Shown: positions 1 to 12,128, counted from the whole stretch's first letter. The stretch: DNA of 57,616 nucleotides, filler included, from Platydemus manokwari (GCA_037951405.1; 5 parts of 5 records of this genome joined end to end with filler, not necessarily neighbours in it), one strand, 5' to 3'. The notes: generated by a model from the sequence alone, not told the origin. Numbers and translations: made by a program.

Positions 1-11
1 TAATTACATAA

Positions 12-1377
12 TCATAGGAACGACCTCAACTGAGTGATGCAACCAGGTTTAATTGCTTCCTTAATCTTCTTTACTTTATCATCATTAGTTTCTATATCTT
101 CTGCACTGACAGTATGACCCAGGAAATTAAATTTTCTGGTGCCAAAAATGCATTTCTCGGCTTTGATTTTAAAACCCGATGATTTAATTAATCTGAATAC
201 CTTGTCCAATTTCTCATTGTGTTCCTTTACTGTTCTTCCATACAATAAAATATCGTCCAGATAAACCAAAACGCCTTTGTAAATCAAATCCTTGAATATA
301 GTATTCATTAGACTCTGAAACGTTGCTGCCGCAGTACATAATCCAAAAGGTAGTCTGTTAAAACAGAACTGCCCAGTTCTAGTGCTGAATGCAATTTTCA
401 TTTTAGAATCTTCCACAAGTTCAACCTGATAATATGTTTGGCCTAAATGTATCGTAGAGAAAACTGTCGCTCCATGCAATGAGTCCAATAACGTTTGAAT
501 GTCAGGTACCGGAAAAGAAAACTTGTCAGTCTGTTTGTTTAATTTTCTGAAGTCTAAACAGATCCTGATCGATCCATCTTTCTTAGGAACCACGACCAAA
601 GGAGAGTTCCAAAGGCTCTTGCAAGAAATTATGACATTACTTTCCAGAAGATTTTCTATCAATTCATGAATTTTGATTTCTAAATTTATTGGGTGCCTTC
701 TGGGATTTTGAGCAATAGGTTCCCCTTTTGTACAGATTTCGTGCTTCACCGAAACTGTTAGTCCCAAATCGAATCGAGAAGCCATAAAAATTGAGCCATT
801 TTCTTTTACATACCTATTCAATGAAAAATCATTCTGGTCAGCAATACTCGTCAGTGCCATTTCGATTGTGTCTTGGGCACTGTATTTCTTTCCCACATCC
901 TTGGCATCAATTGATTGTATCCCTGCAAGGAATATTCCACAAGTCTTCATCATATCAACTCCTGGTGAAATTTCTTTTACTACAATTATCTCCTTTCCTA
1001 AAATTTTGTTGTTCCAAACTTTTGGGATCTTTATTTTCCTTAGACACGATTTGTGTATATTGGAGAATAAGCCAGCCAATTGGACTTGGCTTTTTGAACG
1101 ACGTCTCCTTCTAAAAAGTCTTTCTTGGTTCACTTTGAAAAAATGACTGAGCATATGTCTTCTTGATGGCATTTATGAGCTTCGTCGGGGTTAACTTCTC
1201 AAAATTGACAGCTAACTCTCTTCTTTTATCATCGGACATTGTAGGGTCGAGAGTAAATGACTCTTTCAATTTCTTGCTATTTAGACCTTGCAGAATAAAT
1301 AGTCTTGGAATTTCTTCAAGAGTGTTTTTCTTGTCAAACACCTCCAAAACTAGCTTCTTTACTCAAAGTGGTCACCA
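12..1377 (-). mobile_element. Degenerate Ty3/gypsy LTR retrotransposon internal region (gag remnant + reverse transcriptase), family A copy 1
   Basis: ORF 12..1172 has gypsy RT motifs SPLVVVPKKDGSIRICLDFRKLN, LPFGL and YLDD. The protease region is missing or frameshifted. A PBS-like TGGTGACCAC starts at 1377 on the - strand. Confidence 0.92.
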
Positions 1378-1913
1378 GTAAAAAGATAACTCGTTTGCAT
1401 TAATATTTTATTCTAATTCAAAATTATACCGTTTGTTATTTAATATTAAAACATCTTTTTTTTATCTAACTCTAATTAAAGTAATGTTGGAAACAACTGT
1501 AGTCAGATTCGTTTAACTCGAAGAAAAACTGAAAGAAAACTTCGAACAAAAATATAAAATTAAGAAGAGTAGTCAATACGAATAAAATTTTAACTAAAAC
1601 ATTATAAAAACTTTCGAATAAACATTATAAAATATTTTATCTTTTAAAGAAAAAATTTATATTCGAAATTTATTCAAATTTCTTTTATTTTACTTAAGAC
1701 CACAAAAGATGTGAAAGTAATTCTATTTCTTTTAATTGATTTAACTCTAATAATAGACAACTCAAATTTATTAAAAATTGTCAGCTTAAATTGTGAGTTG
1801 TTACTAAATTTAGATTAAAGTTGCCAAAAGAGAAACATACACAGAATATTATAAAAAGGAGTGGAAACCGTCACTCATGAGGACAAAATTTCAATCCGAC
1901 AATTATGGTCACA
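1378..1913 (-). repeat. Putative 5' LTR of gypsy family A copy 1
   Basis: Begins TGTGACC on the - strand at 1913 and abuts the PBS. Bases 1378-1470 are homologous (reverse complement) to 33090-33191, upstream of copy 2. Confidence 0.6.
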
Positions 1914-2526
1914 TTTTATGTACAATTTATTGTCCATTTATGGATCATTAGAACAAATTTTATGATGAAAAACTACTAAATTTTTTATTTAATTAATTAC
2001 CGATCTTAATTAATAATCTTTAACCTGGTTGTCTTTGAAATATCATAAAAGACTCGCTTACTTATTCTACGATGATTTTTTTATTGAAATACTGGTCCGG
2101 CCATCTAAGCGGCACGCCCTTCATTGTTTGCTTGAGAGTCAACGTGTTAATAATCGCATCTATATTCAGATAATATCAAGATCATGATTCAAATTATTTT
2201 AAACTTGTCTTACTCAACCGTAATTTATTAATTTTAAGTAACTTTAGTAAAGTAACTTTGTTAGTTTTCGTATTTTGTTATCATATTTATAATTATCAAG
2301 AAAGTTTTATTTATTCTTATTATTTTTATTTACATAATATTTTCGACAGAACAATTGGCAAAATGTTTTGAAACTTTTACTCTAACTAAAATTGATTAAT
2401 TATATTAGCTTTTCGTCCATATGGTTTGAGAGATATTTTGATTGCAAATGATTGTTTGCTAAGCAAATCTTCATTATATAAAATTAAATAAAATATATAT
2501 TTTGAAAAAATGTCATAAAATAAAAT

Positions 2527-2845
2527 CTAGTATGGTTTAGTCTTCTCATAATTCAAAATTTTTCTTGTTACATTTTCGTTGATTTTGTCTTTCTTGCTTA
2601 TTATTTTTCTTCTTATTCTGATTTGCAAAATATTTTGATTTACGAGAACATTTGTTTGAATCATCGTCATCATCGTCATTGTTGAATCGAGAAATAATGA
2701 TTGAAACTTATCTCTAATTTCAATAAATAACTCTTCGTCACTTAGGTCACCAATTTGAAATAAGAAACTCGAGAAAACATAAGATGCGATTTCTTTTTCC
2801 TTCGATTTGCCTTTCTTAATACATGAAATCACTCATCTGTATAAA
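2527..2845 (-). pseudogene. Internally deleted IFRD1/2-family (interferon-related developmental regulator) pseudogene fragment
   Basis: SCIKKGKSKEKEIASYVFSSFLFQIGDLSDEELFIEIRDKFQSLFLDST resembles the IFRD N-terminal CLKKGK motif region. It is followed in another frame by DDDDDSNKCSRKSKYFANQNKKKNNKQERQNQRKCNKK, resembling the basic IFRD C-terminus. A stop lies immediately upstream of the first motif. Confidence 0.55.
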
Positions 2846-3491
2846 ATATTACTTTGTATTTAATTGATAATGGGTGAGGCCAGATCATTTTTTAAATTTT
2901 ATCGATATCAGGTTCCATTGAAGGTCTTACAATCGCCTTATAAACTTGTAAACATGGAAATTCTTAATTAATCCTTGACACCGAGAAATTTCAAAATCTT
3001 ATCTTATATAATAACGATCTAAAAAAAAATTTTGTAGGAAAAATATTTTTACATTAATTCTAAGAAAGTTGTACAAACAATCAAATTATAAAATTGCTTG
3101 ATACACGAAAATAAGTCAAAATACCGCATTTCTTATCAAAAACACAAAAATCTTCTTGAATAACATATTGCAATGCCCATTACTACCATAACTCGCTGTG
3201 CTTCAATCTCCAATATGTCCGTCAACAATACAAGACACTTATCGAAATGTTTAAATTTCAATGGTAACCACTGAAAAGTATTGTATTTACTCGATAAATA
3301 AAAGTTGTTTTATTTTCCCACTCTATCGAATCATTTGATACATCATATATTATATAAAAAGTATTTTGCAAAAGACTAAATTTTTTATTTTCCAAAAATC
3401 AGAACGTCTATCAAACATTCCGTTTATTGATTTCATAAAAATGTAAACAATAACTTTTTTAAAAATTTATTCAATAAAATCTTTCTAAAAA

Positions 3492-3893
3492 TTACAATTG
3501 TAAATGCAATGAATCTGATTCATTATCTAGTTGTAAATTTGACAAATTATCTGTGATCTTCTTGATTATGTCTTCGCATACTGTGGAATGGGTTCCAATA
3601 AATTGTTGGATCAATTTTTGGCCGCTTAAATTGATGCTGTGATATTGATTGATTAAATCATTCAATTGACCAAACATCAACACATCATTCTTATTGGAAA
3701 AATCTGGCATATAATTATTATCCATATGACCAATGATAAACATCATTATTTCATATGTCAAATACAATGCAATCTGACTCTCTGATTGGTTGATTTGTTT
3801 GGTCATCAATTTTGATTCAATGTGATGGCGCATGGTTGTCAAATTTGGCATTTTTGTATTTTTCGATTTTATTTCTAATGATAACCCAAACAT
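3492..3893 (-). CDS. Probable C-terminal continuation of Gemin5 in the +1 frame
   Basis: 133-codon open frame overlapping the Gemin5 ORF end by 77 nt. It has protein-like composition and an AT-rich UTR-like sequence after its stop. Confidence 0.5.
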   Translation of the reverse strand: MFGLSLEIKSKNTKMPNLTTMRHHIESKLMTKQINQSESQIALYLTYEIMMFIIGHMDNNYMPDFSNKNDVLMFGQLNDLINQYHSINLSGQKLIQQFIGTHSTVCEDIIKKITDNLSNLQLDNESDSLHLQL

Positions 3894-6800
3894 TATTCAG
3901 GCTTTTCAATTCGATCCATAAATATCGATGCAAATCAATTAATATGGAATAAACTGATATTTCATTGGTCGATTCGATTTGTTTGATCCACTGTTTATTA
4001 TTTGATTCGAAATTACTATCGATTGACTCGAGTAAAATTCCATTGATGAAATTAAAAGCACACTGGTGTGTCAAATCTTTCTGTTCGTGCTTAATCAATA
4101 TTTTAATCGTAACCCAGTTGGCTAATTTACTGGTTCGGCGACTCATCGTTGCAACCACATCGTGGAAATCTCTCATTAAAATACTACACACGGCAGACAA
4201 TTCAAAATTGCCGTTCTTAAAATATTTATCCTTTAGAATTGGCAACAATTCATTGATCAAGGGATCATTTGGCAACAAACGCAGTTTTGCCAATACAAAT
4301 GCTTCTCGTATGCAATCATTTTTCATCAACACTTCGATTGCTCGTTTCGATTGACTGAGAGCCATCCAATATGTTGCAGCCAATATGGGATCTTTTTCCA
4401 CCATCACGACATTGTCAACGAACATTTTCATCATCTCTTCCGGAGTATCTTTGGCGCAAATTCCTAAAATCAACGCCATCAACCAATGGGGACAGTAATT
4501 CATCGATTTAGATTCCGATGCAACTCGACCGATTTTACTCTGCCAAAACAATAATATGAAATAATTATCAAAATTTTTCTCATTTTTATGATGGATCAAT
4601 TCCCGTTCGATTTGTTTCATTACTGCTGCTCGCGTATCCAACAGTGCCAAGCATGGCAGATAATCGCGTTCTTCGATAAAATCCAGGACGGCATTCTGAT
4701 AAGATTCCAACGAATGATGGACGGAAAACATTGTCGTTGGAAATAAGCTGCTCCGTTTTTTGGTAAATGACGGTTTTACAACATCTACCTGAGTTATCGG
4801 TATTGATTGTGTTGCTATTGGTTTCTGTTTTGAGTCATCATCAATGCTGTCATTCATTTTGTCATTCTTAACACTTCGATCTTTCTCCATGGCAACATTG
4901 TTACCAACGTTACTAAATCCTGGAATTGTTGGCCAAAAATTTCGTCGTTTATTGAATTCGGATTTCACCAATTGTTGAGATGGTCGCCAAGCAAATAAAT
5001 TGCAATCTTCACCACCAGTGTAAATCAAATCAGCATCTCTGTTGCTCCATTTACAACAATGCACTTTACCCTGGTGACAAGTGAAACTGGAGATGGCTGC
5101 GTTGGTTTTAATGCTCCAAACAAATGCCCTATAGTCGTATGAAGCACTAACAAGCTTATCAATATCGAAAGGACACCAATCAATTGAGGTAATTCGATCA
5201 CCGTGTCCTTTGAACATAGCAAGATTCTCGTTGAATTCAACTGGGATCCAGCTATTACGATCGATTGATAATTCAAAATCATTGATGACCTTACTGAGAT
5301 CAGTGACAGTCAGAAATCTCTCATTCGAACCAACTGCCAATCGATAAATCAATGGTGAATCTTTATCCCATGGACACCAACGCATACAATTGATGCCTTT
5401 CGTGTGAGATTTAATTTGACAAACCTTTATTAAATTGGACCCCATTCTCACAGCGAAAATATTCACCACACCATTAGCATAGCCGACAGCAAAATAATTC
5501 AATGAAGCGTGACAAACGAAATCACAAATCCGTAAAACACCATCTGAAACGAGATGGGATACATCTGAATAATCATTGTGACGAAAATCGTGAAGTAACA
5601 GAGAATAATTGCCCACACTATATATCACGAGGTTGTCTTGCATTTCCTCGATACTCTTCCCATCATGGTCTAATCGAATATCGACTGCCCAATTGATAAC
5701 GAACACTTTATTGGTATGATGTAATCGTGATGGAGTAGCAAATTTCTTATCTTTCCCCACATTTACACAACCAACATCACCATTTTCCGTTCCGAACGCA
5801 AGCAAACCTTCTCTCAGAGGATGCCAACAAAGTGCAAGAATTTTACCATTGATCCCATTCCAGATATTTGTCACTTCTGGACTTTTATAATGAGCGTTAT
5901 CAAATCGCCACAACCGAATCAAATTATCGGAAGATCCAATAGCTAATTGGTTGCCATGGTGAACAGCATCCAAACTCAATACAGATCCCCCTAAACAAGG
6001 TATTGAATAAACGTATTCTCCATCGTTACATACATCATTGATTCGTGAAATGTTTAATATTCGATCCAAGCTGTGTGACAATAACAAGCCTTTATAATTA
6101 TGAAATTCGACTATACTGAAAACCGATTTGTTGTGGGCTTTTGTCAAATGGTTTTGAGTGAAATATTTCAATTCAGTAGATGACGGCGATTTCCAGATTC
6201 CGATATTTCCGAATCCAGTTGAAACGATCAAAGATCCATTATTTACTGACGACCAACATAGTGATGACCAATTGGAACTTGTTCCTGAAGAATTCTCTTT
6301 ATCAGTATTGGTTTCCATGTTTAACTTTTTCAATGTCGAAGGTAATGTGAGCGTTTTGTGGTTGAGATTCTTAACAGTTTTCCATAATTTAATTTTGCGA
6401 TCTTTTCCTGATGTAGCTAAATCACCCCACGATTCCACGTTTTCAATTATTGGATTCCAACTAATGTTACAAACATCGGAACTGTGTGCGCGAAATTGCG
6501 TTAGTTTTGAAATTGAATCATAGCTAATGAACATATATATTATGACAAAACCTTTCTTGAAGCCAACGGCAAATTTATTTTCATTCCAAGATATTTGAAC
6601 AATATCTTCATTGATGGTATAAAACGACTTGCTTTCGGATTCAACGAGATAATTCCATGATAATAGATGTCCTTTTTCGAAACCACAAAAAATGACATTT
6701 GATGAATTGACAGATAAGCATGTAGGATTTACAACGATTTTTGTTGAACCCAAATTGTATTCTTTCAGACAACAGCATCCCGAGCTTTCATCAAATGACC

Positions 6801-7149
6801 AAATTCTTATTATTTTGTCTTTTCCACATGACGCAAATCTCGGTAAAAGTTTCCCATCTTCAAATGGCATAAAAATTCCATTTGGAATTGTGCATAAACC
6901 TACAACGTATTCATGATGAGCTTTAATGTAATTATGAATTTTAGTTTCATAAAAACTTTTAATCATTTTAGAATCTAAAACCTTAGACCTGTTAGAACCT
7001 TCACAAACTTTTATGAAATATATTTGATTGCGAGAACCAAAATAAAATATTCCAGATTTTTCGTCGTGATTCCATTCAAAAGTATCTAAAATACTTGAAA
7101 TGTACCACAAAGGTGAATTTACTAATCCCGAAATTATTGGAAGTGACAT
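3817..7149 (-). CDS. GEMIN5: Gem-associated protein 5 (WD40 beta-propellers + TPR-like dimerisation module); single exon
   Basis: 1110-aa ORF with many WD40 repeats. Gemin5-typical segments: ALCWHPLREGLLAFGTENGDVG and AATYWMALSQSKRAIEVLMKNDCIREAFVLAKLRLLPNDPLI. Confidence 0.88.
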   Translation of the reverse strand: MSLPIISGLVNSPLWYISSILDTFEWNHDEKSGIFYFGSRNQIYFIKVCEGSNRSKVLDSKMIKSFYETKIHNYIKAHHEYVVGLCTIPNGIFMPFEDGKLLPRFASCGKDKIIRIWSFDESSGCCCLKEYNLGSTKIVVNPTCLSVNSSNVIFCGFEKGHLLSWNYLVESESKSFYTINEDIVQISWNENKFAVGFKKGFVIIYMFISYDSISKLTQFRAHSSDVCNISWNPIIENVESWGDLATSGKDRKIKLWKTVKNLNHKTLTLPSTLKKLNMETNTDKENSSGTSSNWSSLCWSSVNNGSLIVSTGFGNIGIWKSPSSTELKYFTQNHLTKAHNKSVFSIVEFHNYKGLLLSHSLDRILNISRINDVCNDGEYVYSIPCLGGSVLSLDAVHHGNQLAIGSSDNLIRLWRFDNAHYKSPEVTNIWNGINGKILALCWHPLREGLLAFGTENGDVGCVNVGKDKKFATPSRLHHTNKVFVINWAVDIRLDHDGKSIEEMQDNLVIYSVGNYSLLLHDFRHNDYSDVSHLVSDGVLRICDFVCHASLNYFAVGYANGVVNIFAVRMGSNLIKVCQIKSHTKGINCMRWCPWDKDSPLIYRLAVGSNERFLTVTDLSKVINDFELSIDRNSWIPVEFNENLAMFKGHGDRITSIDWCPFDIDKLVSASYDYRAFVWSIKTNAAISSFTCHQGKVHCCKWSNRDADLIYTGGEDCNLFAWRPSQQLVKSEFNKRRNFWPTIPGFSNVGNNVAMEKDRSVKNDKMNDSIDDDSKQKPIATQSIPITQVDVVKPSFTKKRSSLFPTTMFSVHHSLESYQNAVLDFIEERDYLPCLALLDTRAAVMKQIERELIHHKNEKNFDNYFILLFWQSKIGRVASESKSMNYCPHWLMALILGICAKDTPEEMMKMFVDNVVMVEKDPILAATYWMALSQSKRAIEVLMKNDCIREAFVLAKLRLLPNDPLINELLPILKDKYFKNGNFELSAVCSILMRDFHDVVATMSRRTSKLANWVTIKILIKHEQKDLTHQCAFNFINGILLESIDSNFESNNKQWIKQIESTNEISVYSILIDLHRYLWIELKSLNNVWVIIRNKIEKYKNAKFDNHAPSH

Positions 7150-7947
7150 AGGCTAAAATGTCGATATATATATATATTACTTTAGAACTACTTCTTAAAT
7201 AAAATAATTATAAAACAAATTATAAAAATTTAAAAAGTTAATTTCAAAATAATTATATAAACAAAAATTCGCAGTATCACGATATTTCCAAAAACTACGC
7301 CTATTTCATTAAAACCAACAAGTATTTCTTAACATCCATTAAAGCGATGTAGTTTGTTAATCTTTTAGAAAAAACGAGTTTATTTAGCTCAATGTAGCAG
7401 AAATCAAAACAATACTGTTACTACACAAGATTTTTAAATTTTAAATAAAATGTAAAATCATATTTATTTTAACTAAACGTTATAGTAAACTTTGTGTGTA
7501 CACCAATAGTATTGCTTTAAATGAAACATGATACACCCATTAAATTGTTATTTTCTGATTAATTGAATCTGGTAAAATACTTGTAAATACTATTAAAAAT
7601 TATTGTAAATCTAATTTCATTTTCTGAAAAGAGAGTATTTTAAAAGACCAAAAGAAATTAGTGCAATAATAATAAAATAAAAGTACTACACCTGTAAAAC
7701 TATAAAATTATGTGATTCAAGTTATTCAAATTGTTCGAATTATGTAAAGAAATTGTGAAATTCGTTATCAATTAAGTTAAAAGATATTTTGTTCAACTAT
7801 TATAAATGCAAAAGTTATATTGGACATTACTAATCAAACAAAGAGCTATTGTTCAAAATTATTACACCAAAGCCTAAAATGAAAGCATAAGCTATTCTCG
7901 AATTTACTCATTATGAAACTAAATTGCCTATAAAAGCACACATAAAA

Positions 7948-10130
7948 TGTAGATATAGTGTCGGGTAAACCCCCTGACATAACCTGTTGACATAAACATT
8001 GTTTTCATACATAAACATATAGTAACCAAACAGTTTTATATAATCATATTCAATACTCTGCACATACATATAATATAGAACACAACCCTACATATTAAAG
8101 CATGGTATACAATAATCCTGATTAAGGAGTGACCAGAAAAAAGCATGTTCGAGGAAGACAATCCAGCAAACAACAATCCATCATCAACAATAATTGCTCC
8201 ATCAATGACTATAAATTGACTCATGCCATAAATTGATATTGCTTTTAAGATATTGCTTTTAATATTGACAATAAACAATTGGTGTAATTTTCATATTGGT
8301 GTTTTATTTATTGTGTGATCACTATATAATTTGTGTGAGCGGACGGAATAAAGGATGCGGAGGAGGTGTCGGCAGAGCAAATGGATGAGAACGTAATAAT
8401 AAAATAATAACGAATGCATAAATAATAAATAAAGTAAAGTAAATAAATATAAAAATACGAATGATATAAAATAAGGTCAAATAAGGCCAGTTTAAATCAA
8501 TTAAAATTTGGCATGAGAAAATAATTGCCTAAATAGATTATGCAAAAAAATTAATAAGCTAAATCCATTGAAATAAAATAAACTGAGAAAAATTGGGTGA
8601 AAAAATTAATGTTTAATCCTGAGAAAAATAGACAGGATCAGACGGATATAATTGTTGGGCATACACCCCATGCATGTCCATAGCAAATATCCCTACATAT
8701 AGAATACATATAATACATTAGCACATAACACATAAATATCCCTCCATATATAATGAGTTACAAATTACATAGTACTAAAGCCCCAAATATAATCCCAAAA
8801 CATAATCACAGTAAAAGCACAATGACCCCAAGTGTGGGCTGCTTCGCTGCTGACAATTCAAACTCGCAACCCAACAATATTCGACAATAATGAAAGCTCG
8901 CAACCAACAACCAACAATATCCAAATGAATAAACAATAAACATCTTATTTTTCATTAAACGTGATTGATTAGCAATAATAATAAATGCTCTATTGATATC
9001 CTTTTTGTTTAACCTTATAAATAAACATTTTTGTCTTGAATGTTGTATCAATTGTAAATTTATTATTTGTGTTTTATGTTAAAATCTAGTAGCGAGGGAG
9101 GTGAAAGGTGCGGAGAGAGATAATAAATAAATGAACAATAAATAATATAATAATTAATGACAGTAAATAATATAATAATGAGTAAAATAATCAATAACAA
9201 AATCGATAATAAATAATAACAAGGAAGATAGCGAGAATAATAATAAATATAATAAATTGGACAAAGAAGCAGATAATGAGAGAAAAGAAAGGCTAATATT
9301 AGAAAGTTGATTGTAACAAATAATAAGAATAAATAATAAGATAAGAATCACTAATTATTCAATAGAATCGCGATTCAAAGCGTGAGAAAAACTAGTGAAA
9401 ATTGGTGCGAAAAATCGGCATGAAGAGCCGTGAGAAAAAATAGACATGGGCAACGCGTATAAATAGCGGCGTTGGTCATAGAACAGCACACACAAAAAAA
9501 TCGATCAATTGATTAACATTGCACAATCCACGGTGATCAGAAAGAAGAATAATTTCCGTTTGGTTCGATAGCTTTATAAATCAGCTGGAGTTATTTAACA
9601 GATCTTAGGAAGAATTTTTAGAAGATTTGTTTACGCTGACGAAGGGATATCGCTATCGACGAAAGAGATTCATCGGAGTTTTCACAAATCGGACATCCTC
9701 ACGGAATAACTTCTTATAAATAGTAAGAGTTGTTTTTTTTTGTTTAATCATTAATCACGCTCACTATCGTAATCATTTGCTTAATACTCTATTTAACCAT
9801 ATATAGTTAATACCATTGATGCCACTACTAGAATCGATTTTATTTACTTTATTAACATATTACTAATCTCTACGCATCATTAACACCTCCGTCCGGTATC
9901 CGGATGACTCGTTAATCGCTGAGGCGAGGTACGAGATATCTTGCCAAACTTTTGTTTTTTCTTTTTCATATTAAGTGTTGCATTCATTCTTCTTAAATAA
10001 ACATTTCTGAAAACCAGACTTGTGTTGTTAATTATATTGTATCAAGGGTTATTTAATAACTGTAAAGCCATAAGGGGTGTCACGGCTTATTGCTTTATTA
10101 ATTAATTACAAATCTTATTTATCAACTACA
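7948..10130 (+). mobile_element. Putative long (~2.2 kb) solo LTR
   Basis: TGTAG...CTACA inverted termini, TATAAATAG at ~9458, GC-richer hairpin-forming R-like segment, AATAAA at ~9996. The U3 part has an internal degenerate duplication (~8330-8640 vs ~9090-9450). No TSD found. Confidence 0.5.
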
Positions 10131-10399
10131 AGCAGAGTTTTGAAATTTCCTATTATTATTTCAGGCCCAGAGAGACTCCACATTCTCTGTGCTATAATTC
10201 AAAAATTAATATATTAAAATCATTTCCAACATCTTGGTCCTCAATACCAGTTGTTGAAGCCCCCTCAGGACCAGTCAAATTATATTAAATAGCGCCCGAC
10301 AACGATTTAAACCCAAACCATCAAAATAACCAACTTTTCGTTTAATATGTCTATGGCCGTAATTTTCATTATCTTAAGAATTATTTCTATTGGTAGCAA

Positions 10400-11300
10400 C
10401 GGTAATTTAATTCATGACCCAGTATTTCTTCTGGTTCGACCTACTTGGCATGCTTCGAACCATTTATTAAAAACTGCTTTCATATTTCTCCACTAAATGT
10501 CCTTTTTAGTCTTTGGTAGGTTTTTCTTGTGAATAGGTGCTCTCCAAGAGCTCCATCATGATACTACAGCAATAAATATTCCTGTTTCTTTTTAGAAATA
10601 ACCAGTAATTCACCTCTACTGTCTTTATATCTGAGAATTTTATCTTTAACTATATAGTTTGTTCCGTATTTCTTCCAGTAAAATTTTAACTCACTGAGAT
10701 TTGTTTTCTCCTTTTATAGTTCATCATCTTCTTAATATTTTCATCTTCTATCTGGCTCTCTTTTAACGTAATTAGGTCATCTTCTATTTGATTCTTTCTG
10801 GGTCGTTCTCTTCTTTTATGTATTACTGCAAATATTGTTTCTCCTAATAATACTTTATTGACTACTTCACTTCAATTTTCGATTGGCATCACCTAGTCTT
10901 CTAATTCTTCTCTGATTTCGCCTTCCTCTTGAGGCATTCAGAATAGAGCACAGACGTTCGTATTTGCTTTTCCTTAGTAGAGTATAGCATTTCTGTTTTT
11001 GGTGGTGCCGTAGGTATTTTTGGATGAACCCTAAACGCGTGTCTTACACTTTGCAATATGCCTAGCATTCCTGCTTTTTCTCTATTGTTAGTATTTCTGT
11101 TTCTTAATTTAGATCCTTGATCTATTTTTCCTTGATTCTTGGGATCCTTAATGAGGGCTACTTCTTCTATTGGTTCCTTCTTAATACTTGAGTAAATGAC
11201 AGTCTCCTGCTCTCTTTTACTTGAAAATCTTTCGCTCAATTTCCTCAAAGCTGCGTGTTGTTTCTCCAACAACACAAACTTAGTAATAAAAGAAACACCC
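10400..11300 (-). mobile_element. Decayed gypsy pol remnant (integrase HHCC zinc-binding region)
   Basis: The - strand at ~10430-10600 reads YHDGALGEHLFTRKTYQRLKRTF*WRNMKAVLIKWFEACQV, a degenerate gypsy integrase H2C2 domain with a stop codon. Confidence 0.65.
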
Positions 11301-12128
11301 GATTAATGCTTTCCATGTGTAACCTAGTCCTCTGATCAATACGTAAGTTGAGATGTACTGATTCAGCACTACTAATATTACCGCTATTTTAAACCATATT
11401 CTTATGAATGCTGATTATACATTTCCTATTGCTATGAACCTACCACATGTATGGTGAAGGAACGTCATTGCTGCTCTTTTGAAATGGTCTGGAAACAATA
11501 GGTTTTCAAAATTAGGTTGTTCCCCTCGGCATTGTAGTACAAGGTCTAAACTACCTAAACTATTGCTAAATGAAGAAGGAAGACCGGTCGGATAAGTAAA
11601 AAAGATTAAGCGCCAAAAAATTAGATATAGGAAGGTTTAAGAGAGATAATGAAAGGAGATTAATCAATAACTGCATCAAAAAATGAAAATGAGCAAATAT
11701 GTGTAACAAAACAAAACTTCAACTTGCCAAAAGTAGATAAAATAACAAAAAATGTAGCTGAAGAGAAAGATACACAAAAGGAGAAAAGTAAAACTTGAAA
11801 ATACTTCAATTTTCAATGCAACAGATAAATCACAGACTAGATAGGCAATGCAAGGACAGAAATAATGGCATAGCAGAAAAGAACATTGGGGGAATAATTT
11901 AAATTGGAGTCAAACAGAGAGAAAAATCATCACGATATCACGAGTAGTAAACAGTAATGTCGAGACAAGCATGGGTGTTATTTGAGACGAAAAAAGATAA
12001 ATAAAGGCATGAATAAACATAGATATAAATACAAGGAGAACTAAATTCATGCCATCACTTGAAAATGTGCAAGAAATCGAAAATAATTCAAATCAATTTA
12101 GAAAATATTTTTGACATTTGTAAGGAAA

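Noticed and set aside
791-6916. Plus-strand ORFs antisense to the gypsy RT and Gemin5
   Set aside because: Shadow ORFs of real coding strands; no recognisable domains.
9880-9940. Twister-ribozyme-like look (TAACACC...CCGG...CCGG...GAGG)
   Set aside because: Lacks the conserved loop-4 AAGC and pseudoknot pairings; explained as ordinary LTR hairpins.
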